Shown one piece after another: positions 29,662-38,622 of a stretch of 64,000 nt of DNA. Made by a program: the position numbers and the translations under genes. This DNA comes from Planctomycetota bacterium (GTDB lineage Bacteria > Planctomycetota > PUPC01 > JACPCR01). Positions within the stretch are counted from its first letter, which is position 1. Every line of letters starts with the position of its first letter. The notes under the pieces are model-generated. The model had not been told where the DNA came from and searched no databases. It saw only the letters and a program-made list of their open reading frames with translations. The DNA is taken from positions 28,336 through 92,335 of the forward strand of contig JACPCR010000061.1 in the NCBI GenBank assembly GCA_016179685.1, given 5' to 3'.

Positions 29662-29700
29662 TGCGCAAGCGAGGTCTTTCATGATGCGGGAGGGTTGAAC

Positions 29701-30756
29701 ATGTCGATGGATGGGCTGAATGAACTGGGTGAGCGGATTCTGGCGGGCGGCGAGCCCGCCACGGAAGAAGAGGCCGTTCAAATCCTGGAGGCGGACCCTT
29801 CGGAGGTGTTCGAGCTGGCGGCCTGGGCGAACCGCATTCGCAAGCAATTCAAGGGTGACAAGGTCCACCTCTGTGCCATCATCAACGCCAAGTCGGGAGG
29901 CTGTCCGGAAGACTGCACCTTTTGCGCCCAGTCGGCCCATTACGACACCGGGGTGCAGCGCCACAATTTTCTGGGCCGGGAGGAGGTGCTTCGCGCCGCC
30001 CGCGATGCCCGCATGAGCGGAGCCCAGGCTCTCGGCATCGTCACCGCCTGGCGCGGCCTCAAGGACGGACCCGTGCTCGATGAGGTCTGCCAGCGCATCC
30101 GCGAACTGGCAGAAAGCGGGATAGTGCGGGCCGACGCGTCCCTCGGCATCATCGAGAGTCCGGAGGTGGCCCAACGACTGAAGGACTCGGGCCTGCACTG
30201 TTACAACCACAACTTGGAGACCGCCCGGAGCCACTTTCCCAACATCTGTTCCACGCATACCTTCGACGATCGCATCCGGACCATTCACCATCTCAAAACT
30301 GCCGGCCTAAAGGTCTGTTCCGGTGGGATTTTCGGGATGGGTGAGACGGTCCGGCAGCGCGTCGAATTGGCGCTGGAGCTCCGCCGGCTCGACGTCGACA
30401 TCGTGCCGCTCAACTTCCTGCACCGCATTGTTGGCACGCCCCAGGAGAAGAACGAGCCCTTGCCGCCCCTCGAAATCCTCAAGACCATTGCGATGTTTCG
30501 CTTCGTGCTTCCGCGCAAGGAGATCATGATCGCCGGCGGACGCGAAGTGAATCTCCGGGACCTTCAGAGCCTCATCTTTCATGCGGGCGCCAGCGCCCTC
30601 ATGGTGGGGAACTACCTGACGACCCAGGGCCGCGGCGCCCGCGCCGATCTCCAGATGCTCAAAGACCTGGGACTCGACCCGAAGTGGCCCGGATGGGACC
30701 ACGACGGCGAGGCGGCTCGTGAGGCCGGCGTGGCGCTGGCCGCCACACCGACGTAA
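29701..30756 (+). CDS. bioB: biotin synthase
   Basis: CPEDCTFCAQS radical-SAM motif, NHNLET, and the Cys-containing GLKVCSGGIFGMGE. A GGGAGGG RBS precedes the ATG at 29701. Confidence 0.9.
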   Translation: MSMDGLNELGERILAGGEPATEEEAVQILEADPSEVFELAAWANRIRKQFKGDKVHLCAIINAKSGGCPEDCTFCAQSAHYDTGVQRHNFLGREEVLRAARDARMSGAQALGIVTAWRGLKDGPVLDEVCQRIRELAESGIVRADASLGIIESPEVAQRLKDSGLHCYNHNLETARSHFPNICSTHTFDDRIRTIHHLKTAGLKVCSGGIFGMGETVRQRVELALELRRLDVDIVPLNFLHRIVGTPQEKNEPLPPLEILKTIAMFRFVLPRKEIMIAGGREVNLRDLQSLIFHAGASALMVGNYLTTQGRGARADLQMLKDLGLDPKWPGWDHDGEAAREAGVALAATPT

Positions 30757-30791
30757 GTTCTTCGTTGCTCGAGCACAGAAATCCGCCCACC

Positions 30792-31184
30792 ATGTCCGAT
30801 ACGCCACAACCTGCCAGCGGCAGGAGAATTCTCGTCATCGCCGAGATGTTCTTCGCCTCCAAGCTCAAGGGCGAGGTCCAAAAGGCCGGTTACGAGTACG
30901 TGCCCGCAGCGGCCGAGAAATCGGCCCTCGAGAAGGCGGGGTCCCTCAGGCCCGACGCCATTGTGCTCGATCTCGCCAAGACACGATTCGACGTGCCCGG
31001 CTTCCTCTCGCGCCTGCGAGCCGAACCGGAGCTCTCCGCCATCCCCGTGATCGGCTTCAGCGGCCATCTCGACACCCAGCGGATGCAGGAAGGACAAGAG
31101 AAGGGCTGTACCCTGGTCGTCAGCAACGGCCAAATCACCGGAAATTTTCCCTCGGTCCTTCAGAAGGCGCTCCCGAAAGGTTGA
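30792..31184 (+). CDS. stand-alone response-regulator receiver (CheY-like) domain protein
   Basis: RILVIAEM (acidic pocket), phospho-acceptor-like D in AIVLDL, and a later conserved K. No output domain. Confidence 0.55.
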   Translation: MSDTPQPASGRRILVIAEMFFASKLKGEVQKAGYEYVPAAAEKSALEKAGSLRPDAIVLDLAKTRFDVPGFLSRLRAEPELSAIPVIGFSGHLDTQRMQEGQEKGCTLVVSNGQITGNFPSVLQKALPKG

Positions 31185-31346
31185 TGGAGCGCCAGAATTC
31201 GACCTTCACGATCAACGGTCCGCAGGGAAACCGCCTGGCGAAACGCCGAAAACACCCTCTCCATCACCTCTTCCGGAAACGTGGGGATTGCCTTCCGCCG
31301 GATGAAACGATGCTCTGCGTCGGCAAGGAAGTTTCCATGATCCGGT

Positions 31347-32410
31347 TCACGCATGCTTCGCCCGCAATCGGGATGCGGCCGCACACATGGCCTTCAGTTT
31401 CAGATACGCCTCGTCCAGGTCCATCGGATTCTGCACCGAAGGTGCGAAGCCACAGTCGGGATGAAGAACGATGCGCTCGCGCCCCACATATTTCATCGCC
31501 TCCTCGACGCGCGTGACGATCTCGTCCGGCGTCTCGACTCGGCGTTCACAGTGATCGACACAGCCGAGCCCGAGGCGTGTACCGGGGGGAAAGTGCGCGA
31601 GGGAATGCAAGCCCCCGGCGACCGGGGTGGCGTATTCCATGCAGATCATGCCCACCCGTATCCTGGCCAGTGCCGGCAGGATGAGATCATAGGGGCCCTC
31701 GCTTCCGTGGCGATGGTCGAAGTGCGCGTGGCAGAGGTGCATCGCGGTGTCGATACCGGTCACGCCGTCCAGTGTCTCGTTGACCATGTCGGCACAGAGG
31801 TCCATCTCGTAGTGCGTATCTTCGATGCCCTCTTTTTTCCGGAACTTCGGATCGACCAGGACGCTCAGCCACGGCTCATCGAGCTGGACGGTATCGGCTC
31901 CGGCGTCCTTTACCGCCTCGATCTCGCGCCGGAGAATGGGCACACAGGCCCGCATCAGTTTCTCGCGGGTCGGGTAGGCGGACCGGGAATAGTCCGGATG
32001 CCACATGCGCCGGCCGATGATGTAGGGCGAGGGTAGCGTCGCCTTAACACGGCGGTCCGTACGGCCGCGGACGAAGCGGACCTCCTCCGCGGCGATGGGC
32101 CGGTAGTACTCGAGGGGCGACACGGCCGCGGGATAGGGGATGCCCCCGCTCGGGTTCAAATCCTTCTGGAATCCGCGGACACGCTCTGCAAAAACCTTGA
32201 CGTAGCTCTCACGCCTCCACTCGCCGTCCGTGATCTCATCCAGACCCGCCCGCTCCTGCAAGGCAATCGCCAGCGGAATCGCCTGGTCGAGCCGCTCATC
32301 CGCGTCCCGCTCCGAGATTTTCCCGTCCTTGCGATCCAGGATCAGGTCGCGCAGCCACGCGAGACGCGGCAGGCTGCCAATGACGGTCGTGGGGAAAAGC
32401 ACATCAGACA
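31347..32410 (-). CDS. cobalamin-independent methionine synthase, short single-domain form (MetE C-terminal-domain-like)
   Basis: VIGSLPR N-terminal motif. Zn ligands in HLCHAHF and LHPDCGF. GGAGGAT RBS before the ATG at 32410. The track ORF begins 71 codons further upstream and is likely over-extended. Confidence 0.75.
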
Positions 32411-32775
32411 TTGGGTATCCTCCATGCAGGTGTTCATGCCCCATGGGCATGAGAAATCCTTCGATCCCGACGCCCGCTACGCGACGGCCCCGAGAAACTT
32501 GAATGAGACCACCATGTCCCCCTTTTTTCAACCCCCCGCACGCCAGCGAAAACGGGAAGAGCCGGGAAGCCGCGGCAGGATCCAAGAACCATCTTGAGCC
32601 AATCCTATCAAGATGGAACGGCATCGCTTCGCGATTGACATTCCGAGATTGAGAAGATACACGAGGGGCTACAGGTGTTGCGCCTCCGCAGAATCCCGCT
32701 GGGGGGCTTTTGACTCGTACGCCGGAACGGGAGGCATTGGGGCATCCCGTTCCGGCGTACGAAGGAGTTCATTTC

Positions 32776-33798
32776 ATGAAGCTCGGCCTCGGTCTTTATA
32801 CCAGCATGTTCACGGACGACAACCTCCGTTTCGCCCGTCAGCTCGGGGTGACTCATCTCGTCGCGCATCTGCCGTTCCCTCCGGGCGACGGCGTGTGGGA
32901 ATTCCTCGATATGCTTCGGCTGAAGAAGTACGCCAATTCCTTCGGTCTGGAGCTGGAGGCCTTCGAGAATTTCCATCCCGCCCATTGGCACAAAATCCTG
33001 CTGGACCTGCCCGGCAAGGAGGTCCAGATGGAAAACCTGAAAACGACGATCCGGAACATGGGCAGGGCTGGCATTCCGGTCATGGGCTACTATTTCAGCC
33101 TTGCCGGGGTCTGGGGCCACTGGCGGGCCGGCAACAACAACACGGGCGGCCGCGGAGGCGCCGGCATCAAGAGCTTCGATTACGACCTCGTCCGTGACGC
33201 TCCCTTCATCCGTCTGGGCGAGGTCTGGGGCGGCTGGAAGGTCGATGAGCATGCCACGCCCGGCACCCTCGGCGAAGTCTCCCAGGAAGTCCTCTGGGAG
33301 CGCTTCCGCTACTTTCTGGAAAACCTCGTTCCCGCCGCCGAGGAGTCTGGCGTCAGACTGGCGGCGCACCCGGACGACCCGCCCGTTCCGGTGCTGCGCG
33401 GCGTCGGCCGACTCCTCACCAGCCATGAAGGTTACAAGAGGCTGATCGAGATGAAACCGAGCCCATCGAATGCGCTCGAGTTCTGCCAGGGCACGGTCGC
33501 GGAGATGGGGCAGGACATCTACGAGGCCATCCGCTACTTCGGCTCGAGGGGAAAAATCGCCTACGTCCATTTCCGAAACGTCCGCGGGGATTTTCCGAAC
33601 CGGTTCGACGAGGTCTTTATCGACGAGGGCGACGTGGATATGGTCCGGGCGATGCGGGCCTACCAGGAGGTGGGATACGATGGGGTGTTGATCCCGGACC
33701 ACACGCCGCACGTCACCTGTCCGGCGTCCTGGCACGCCGGGATGGCCTATGCGCTCGGCTACATGCGGGCCTGCTTGCAGCACCTGGGGGCCGCGTGA
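32776..33798 (+). CDS. uxuA: D-mannonate dehydratase (UxuA family), paralog 1
   Basis: AAHPDDPPVPVLRG, GDVDMV and VLIPDHTPHV match UxuA signature regions. GAAGGAG RBS before the ATG at 32776. Confidence 0.85.
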   Translation: MKLGLGLYTSMFTDDNLRFARQLGVTHLVAHLPFPPGDGVWEFLDMLRLKKYANSFGLELEAFENFHPAHWHKILLDLPGKEVQMENLKTTIRNMGRAGIPVMGYYFSLAGVWGHWRAGNNNTGGRGGAGIKSFDYDLVRDAPFIRLGEVWGGWKVDEHATPGTLGEVSQEVLWERFRYFLENLVPAAEESGVRLAAHPDDPPVPVLRGVGRLLTSHEGYKRLIEMKPSPSNALEFCQGTVAEMGQDIYEAIRYFGSRGKIAYVHFRNVRGDFPNRFDEVFIDEGDVDMVRAMRAYQEVGYDGVLIPDHTPHVTCPASWHAGMAYALGYMRACLQHLGAA

Positions 33799-33845
33799 GG
33801 ACACTCGCCCCATCCCATTTCCGGGACCTCTAAGAGGCAGCAGCC

Positions 33846-34199
33846 ATGGGACTCACTTATATCGAAGGAGTGGTGGCCGGGCCCACCGGAAGACGAAGGA
33901 CGTTGGAATTCCTTGTTGACAGTGGCGCCATGTACTCTTTATTGCCCCACAAGGATTGGAAATCGATCCGGTTGGCTCCCAAACGGTCCATGGTCTTCAC
34001 CTTGGCTGACGGCACGAAAATAGAGCGCCGAATCTCGGAATGTCATATGGCTCTGCCACAAGGGGAAGGCCACACCCCTGTTATTCTTGGCGAACCCGGC
34101 GATGAGGCTCTTCTCGGAGTGGTCACGCTGGAAAACTTGGGCCTTGTCTTGAATCCTTTTAATCGGACCCTACAACCCATGCGCATGCTGCTGGTATAG
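33846..34199 (+). CDS. small retropepsin-like (clan AA) aspartic protease domain protein
   Basis: 117 aa with hydrophobic-hydrophobic-D-S-G-A (FLVDSGAMYS) and the C-terminal GxxxL pattern of the retropepsin fold. Inserted between two uxuA paralogs. Confidence 0.6.
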   Translation: MGLTYIEGVVAGPTGRRRTLEFLVDSGAMYSLLPHKDWKSIRLAPKRSMVFTLADGTKIERRISECHMALPQGEGHTPVILGEPGDEALLGVVTLENLGLVLNPFNRTLQPMRMLLV

Positions 34200-34327
34200 C
34201 CCGTATCCCTGTTCAGAAGCGCGGGTGCACTTCTGAACAGGGATACGAGGGAAGATGCGGCGCGGGTCCGCCCGGGGCACCCGGACTTGCAGCCTCTGAA
34301 TTTCCATCCCGTCGAAGGAGTTTACCC

Positions 34328-35350
34328 ATGAAACTGGGACTCGGCCTCTACCCGAGCATTCTGACGGACGACAACCTCAAGTTCGCCCGCCAGCTCAGCG
34401 TGACTCACATCGTCGCCTGGATGCCCCTTCCCGTGGGCAACGGCGTCTGGGAGTTCGCTGACCTGCTCCGTCTGAAGAAGTACATCAACTCTTTCGGGCT
34501 GGAGCTGGACGCCCTCGAGAATTTCCAACCTGCCCACTGGGACAAGATTCTCCTGGACCGACCCGGCAAGGAGGCGCAGATGGAGAACCTGAAGGCGACC
34601 ATCCGCAACCTGGGCAAGGTCGGCATTCCCATCATGGGTTACTATTTCAGCCTCGCGGGGGTGTGGGGGCACTGGCGGTCCGGCAGCAACAACTCGGCCG
34701 GCCGCGGCGGAGCAGGCCTGACCAGTTTCGATTACGACTTGGTGAAGGATGCTCCACTGATTCCCAAAGGCGAGGCCTGGTGCGGCTGGAAGGTGGAGGC
34801 GGACCCTGAGCCGGGCACGATCGGCGAAGTGGCCCACGCGGAGATGTGGGAGCGCCTCCGCTACTTTCTGGAGAGCCTCGTTCCCGTCGCCGAGGAGGCC
34901 GGCGTACGGCTCGCGGCGCACCCGGACGACCCGCCCGTGCCGGTGCTGCGCGGCACCGCGCGTCTTTTGACGTGCCATGAGAACTACAGGCGTCTGATCG
35001 AGATGAAGCCGAGCCCGTCGAACGCGCTCGAGTTCTGCCAGGGAACCGTCGCGGAGATGGGGCAAGACACCTACGAGGCCATCCGCTACTTCGGCTCAAG
35101 AAAGAAAATCGCTTACGTCCACTTCCGCAACGTCCGCGGGGACTTCCCGAACCGGTTCGACGAGGTCTTCATCGACGAGGGCGACGTGGACATGGTCCTG
35201 GCGATGCGGGCCTATCTGGAGGTGGGATACGATGGGGTGCTGATCCCGGACCATTCGCCGCACGTGACCTGTCAGTCGCCCTGGCACGCCGGGATGGCCT
35301 ACGCCCTCGGCTACATGCGGGCCTGCATGCAGTTCCTGGGCGTGAAATGA
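34328..35350 (+). CDS. uxuA: D-mannonate dehydratase (UxuA family), paralog 2
   Basis: About 80% amino-acid identity to 32776-33798 with the same RBS. The C-terminal 150 codons are nearly identical at nucleotide level. Confidence 0.85.
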   Translation: MKLGLGLYPSILTDDNLKFARQLSVTHIVAWMPLPVGNGVWEFADLLRLKKYINSFGLELDALENFQPAHWDKILLDRPGKEAQMENLKATIRNLGKVGIPIMGYYFSLAGVWGHWRSGSNNSAGRGGAGLTSFDYDLVKDAPLIPKGEAWCGWKVEADPEPGTIGEVAHAEMWERLRYFLESLVPVAEEAGVRLAAHPDDPPVPVLRGTARLLTCHENYRRLIEMKPSPSNALEFCQGTVAEMGQDTYEAIRYFGSRKKIAYVHFRNVRGDFPNRFDEVFIDEGDVDMVLAMRAYLEVGYDGVLIPDHSPHVTCQSPWHAGMAYALGYMRACMQFLGVK

Positions 35351-35360
35351 GCGCGCGGTC

Positions 35361-36533
35361 ATGAAAATCTCAGACGTTCGATGTCACCTGATGAGCGTGC
35401 CCAGGCCCGACGGGCCCGGCGCCTGCCGCAACTGGCTCTTCGTCGAGGTGGAAACGGATGCTGGCCTGACGGGGCTCGGCGAGGCCACAACGGAATACCA
35501 CGAGCTGGCCGTGAAGGCCCAGATCGAAGCCGAGCTGCGGCCGAGGCTGCTCGGGATGAATCCGGCAGAGATCGAACGCATCTGGCAGATGGGATACCGT
35601 GAATTCTGGTGGCGGCGCGGGGTCGTCCATACCAGCGCCTTCAGCGGCGTGGACATGGCGTTATGGGACATTGCTGGCAAGGCGGCGGGCCTGCCCGTTT
35701 TCCAGCTCCTGGGCGGCAAGGTTCGTGAAACGGTCCGCCTCTATATCCGATACGGACCCGAATTCTACGGCGTTGACCGCGACACCGCGGCACACCGATG
35801 CCGCGCCATGGGCTTTGATGCCTTCAAACACGGCTGGGGCACGCCCACCCGGCCCTACGACGGCGACCGGCAGGTCGAAGTCTCTATCGCCGAGAACGCC
35901 CGCTTTCGCGAGCTGCTCGGGCCGGAGGTGGCCCTGATGGTGGACGCCGCTGGAATGTTCTCGCCGCAGCAGGCCCACCGCCTCCTCGAGCAGCTCCGCC
36001 CCCTCCGGCCGCTATTCGTCGAGGAACCCACCGCCCAGGACACGGTCGAGCCAACGCTCCGGCTCAAGCGCTCGTTTCCCGACGTCCTGCTGGCGCTCGG
36101 GGAGCGGATGATGACGCGGTGGGATTTCCGCCCCTGGTTCGAGCCGCAGGCCATCGACGTCTGCCAGGCCGACATTTGCCATACCGGCGGGATCAGCGAA
36201 TTGGTGAAAATCGCACATTTCGCCGAGATCTATGGAATCCAGATGGCGCCCCATAATCCTTATGGCCCCGTGGCGCTCGCCGCCTGCGCACACGCCTGTG
36301 CCGCCATGCAGAACTTCCTCATCCTGGAATACTGCCCGATCCAGCCCTGGTTCGACCAGGTGCAGGCCCTGAAGGTCCCGGTCCACCAAGGCCGCGTGGA
36401 TATGAACGAACTGGGGCGGCGGCCCGGACTCGGCGTGGAGCTGGACCGGGAGATCGTCGCCTCCCGCGCCGGCTGCATCCGTCTGGCGTGGAATCGGGCC
36501 ACGACGGCGGACGGTTCCACGCCGTTGCTTTAG
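35361..36533 (+). CDS. enolase-superfamily sugar-acid dehydratase (mandelate racemase/muconate lactonizing enzyme fold; ManD/galactonate dehydratase-like)
   Basis: N-terminal capping domain with LFVEVETDAGLTGLGE. Barrel metal ligands in MVDAAG, VEEP and a later D/E. HNPYGP-like C-terminus. Confidence 0.75.
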   Translation: MKISDVRCHLMSVPRPDGPGACRNWLFVEVETDAGLTGLGEATTEYHELAVKAQIEAELRPRLLGMNPAEIERIWQMGYREFWWRRGVVHTSAFSGVDMALWDIAGKAAGLPVFQLLGGKVRETVRLYIRYGPEFYGVDRDTAAHRCRAMGFDAFKHGWGTPTRPYDGDRQVEVSIAENARFRELLGPEVALMVDAAGMFSPQQAHRLLEQLRPLRPLFVEEPTAQDTVEPTLRLKRSFPDVLLALGERMMTRWDFRPWFEPQAIDVCQADICHTGGISELVKIAHFAEIYGIQMAPHNPYGPVALAACAHACAAMQNFLILEYCPIQPWFDQVQALKVPVHQGRVDMNELGRRPGLGVELDREIVASRAGCIRLAWNRATTADGSTPLL

Positions 36534-36570
36534 CATATGCGTACGGCAATGCACCCTTACTTCTGTACGC

Positions 36571-37443
36571 GTGCACGAGTTGAATCGAGATGGCTCTTGG
36601 AGAAGACATGAGGCATCGCCGGTTGCGTTTCGGCCTGGTCGGAGCAGGCGATTTCGGACCCGAGCTGGCGCGATACCTGGCGGAAGTCGCCGATGTGGTC
36701 GCGGTGGCCGATCCAAGCCCCGAGGCACGGTCGAAATCTTCGCCCGGACCGAGGGCCGTTGCCTGGGCCAGGCCGTGGACGCGGAGGGCAGCCTCCACGC
36801 CGCGCATGTGCCGGGCAACGTGCTGCGGATCACACCTCGGGGCGACATCCACACCTATGCGACCGGCCCCGGCGGCCGAAAATTCCTCTGTGCGAATTAC
36901 CCGGCCTTCGACCGCAAGGGATGGATGTATCTTTCGGACAGCGGCGACTGGTCCGACACGATCAACGGGGCCATTTACAAAATCCCGCCCGGCGGTGGCG
37001 AAGCCAGGCCATGGTTTCCGGAGGCCGTAAACACGCCGAACGCCATCGCGCTGGACGCGGACGAGAAATACCTCTATTACGTAGAGACCTATGGTCCCGG
37101 CATCTGCCGCATCGAGGTCCGGCCCGATGGGGCGGCGGGCCGCCACGAGCGAGTCGTTCACATGCCCGGCTGGGTTCCCGACGGCATCGCCTGGGACACC
37201 GAGGAGCGCCTCTGGATCGCCTGCCACCGGCCTGACGCCATTTATGTGTTCGACTTGCGAAGCCGCAAGCTGGACCTCTTCGCCCACGACTGGAGGGGAG
37301 AGGCGCTGCGGGGGCCAACGGACGTGGCCTTCGCTGGGGCCGAACGGAACATCCTGCTCGCCTCCTCGCTGGACAACCTCGTGATCCACCGGTTCGGCGA
37401 CGTGGGTGCCCGCGGGCTGCCCCTCAACCATCCCAAGTGGTGA
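36571..37443 (+). CDS. SMP-30/gluconolactonase/LRE-like beta-propeller hydrolase with anomalous Arg-rich N-terminus
   Basis: From VEIFARTEG onward (about 36730) there are clear lactonase-type blades (YLSDSG, YYVETYG, DGIAWD, NLVIHRF). The first about 53 codons of the ORF read the alternate frame of the Gfo/Idh/MocA remnant and look non-native. Confidence 0.55.
   Translation: MHELNRDGSWRRHEASPVAFRPGRSRRFRTRAGAIPGGSRRCGRGGRSKPRGTVEIFARTEGRCLGQAVDAEGSLHAAHVPGNVLRITPRGDIHTYATGPGGRKFLCANYPAFDRKGWMYLSDSGDWSDTINGAIYKIPPGGGEARPWFPEAVNTPNAIALDADEKYLYYVETYGPGICRIEVRPDGAAGRHERVVHMPGWVPDGIAWDTEERLWIACHRPDAIYVFDLRSRKLDLFAHDWRGEALRGPTDVAFAGAERNILLASSLDNLVIHRFGDVGARGLPLNHPKW
36590..36735 (+). pseudogene. 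N-terminal remnant of a Gfo/Idh/MocA-family oxidoreductase (Rossmann GxGxxG) out of frame with the downstream SMP-30 domain
   Basis: RLRFGLVGAGDFGPELARYLAEVADVVAVADPSPEA in frame 2 is the canonical Gfo/Idh/MocA N-terminus. After about 45 codons, protein-like sequence switches to frame 1. Confidence 0.35.
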
Positions 37444-37536
37444 GCCCCAACCCGATGGCCTACTGAGAATCAGGTCTGCACGGCTCTGCCGGGCACTCGC
37501 TTCCCACCGGGAATGAAGCCGCGGTAAAATAACCCC

Positions 37537-38511
37537 ATGCGCCAACAGCCATACAGCTTCGGCTTTGCCGACACCCTCCTGGCAGAGGTCGGCGGGGTCT
37601 CGCTCGGCGCCCTCCATCACGACGTGGACGCCATCTGCCGGAGCTACGACGCCATTCGGACCGTGGCTGACCGCATGGGAGTGCCGGCGCCTCGGCCGAG
37701 GCTGGCCGGCTTTGCCTATCCCCATGTTTCCACCCTGGGTGCGCGGATCGCCTGGGTGGCCGATTCCGAGCCGAAGCCTTTGCCGGTCATCCGCACGCCC
37801 GAGGATATCGACCGGCTGGCCGAGCCGGAGGATTATCTGAACAGCGGCGTCGTGCCGGAACGGCTGCACACCTTGGAACGGCTGTTGGGACGGCGTCCGG
37901 ACGCGGGCAGAGGGATCGGCCACACCTATGAAGGCCCCGTGACGACCGCCGTATTGCTCATGGGACCGGCCTTTTTCACGCTTCCTTACGACGACCCGAT
38001 TCGAGCGCATCAGCTTCTGGGCTTCTGTGTTCGAAGCGCTTTGAACTATGCGCGAGCGATCCGAGAGCATTTTGGCGGCGGAGATGAGCCCCGGCCGGTG
38101 GGCATACCCGACGATTTCGCCGGGATTTTCAGCCCGGCGCTGTTTGCCGATTTTGTTGTGCCCTACTGGAATCAGATGTACGAGGGACAGCGAGCCACGA
38201 AACGTTACTTGCACAGTGAGTTGCTTCGAAGCGAGCACCTGGCGTTCCTGTCGGGCCTCAAGATTGACCTGTTCGACCCCTCAGCGGACCAATACGTGAC
38301 AGCGGAACTCCTCCGGCATTCTTGCCCCGTGCCGTTCACCTCGCGGATTCTGACCTATCACGTTCGGCATCGGACGCCGGAGGAATTGCAGGCCCTATAC
38401 CGGCATCTGGCCGGATTCGATCCCGTGTCGATCGATTTCCATCAGTGGACGCTGGAGGAAGAGCCAAAGATGCTGGCGCTCCTCGAGGTGGCCCGTCAAT
38501 TGGACCGGTAA
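37537..38511 (+). CDS. hypothetical protein, uroporphyrinogen-decarboxylase-like (URO-D/MtaA-type TIM barrel) fold suspected
   Basis: 324 aa with ordinary composition and weak resemblance to URO-D family spacing. No firm motif. Confidence 0.4.
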   Translation: MRQQPYSFGFADTLLAEVGGVSLGALHHDVDAICRSYDAIRTVADRMGVPAPRPRLAGFAYPHVSTLGARIAWVADSEPKPLPVIRTPEDIDRLAEPEDYLNSGVVPERLHTLERLLGRRPDAGRGIGHTYEGPVTTAVLLMGPAFFTLPYDDPIRAHQLLGFCVRSALNYARAIREHFGGGDEPRPVGIPDDFAGIFSPALFADFVVPYWNQMYEGQRATKRYLHSELLRSEHLAFLSGLKIDLFDPSADQYVTAELLRHSCPVPFTSRILTYHVRHRTPEELQALYRHLAGFDPVSIDFHQWTLEEEPKMLALLEVARQLDR

Positions 38512-38622
38512 TCGCGGGGCACCCTTTCCGGTGTATGGAATACCGCACCGTTCAGGACCATGCGGGAATTGGCAAAGTTCCGATAGAGGGACCGTTCATC
38601 AGACTTGTGAGGCGCGATCAGC

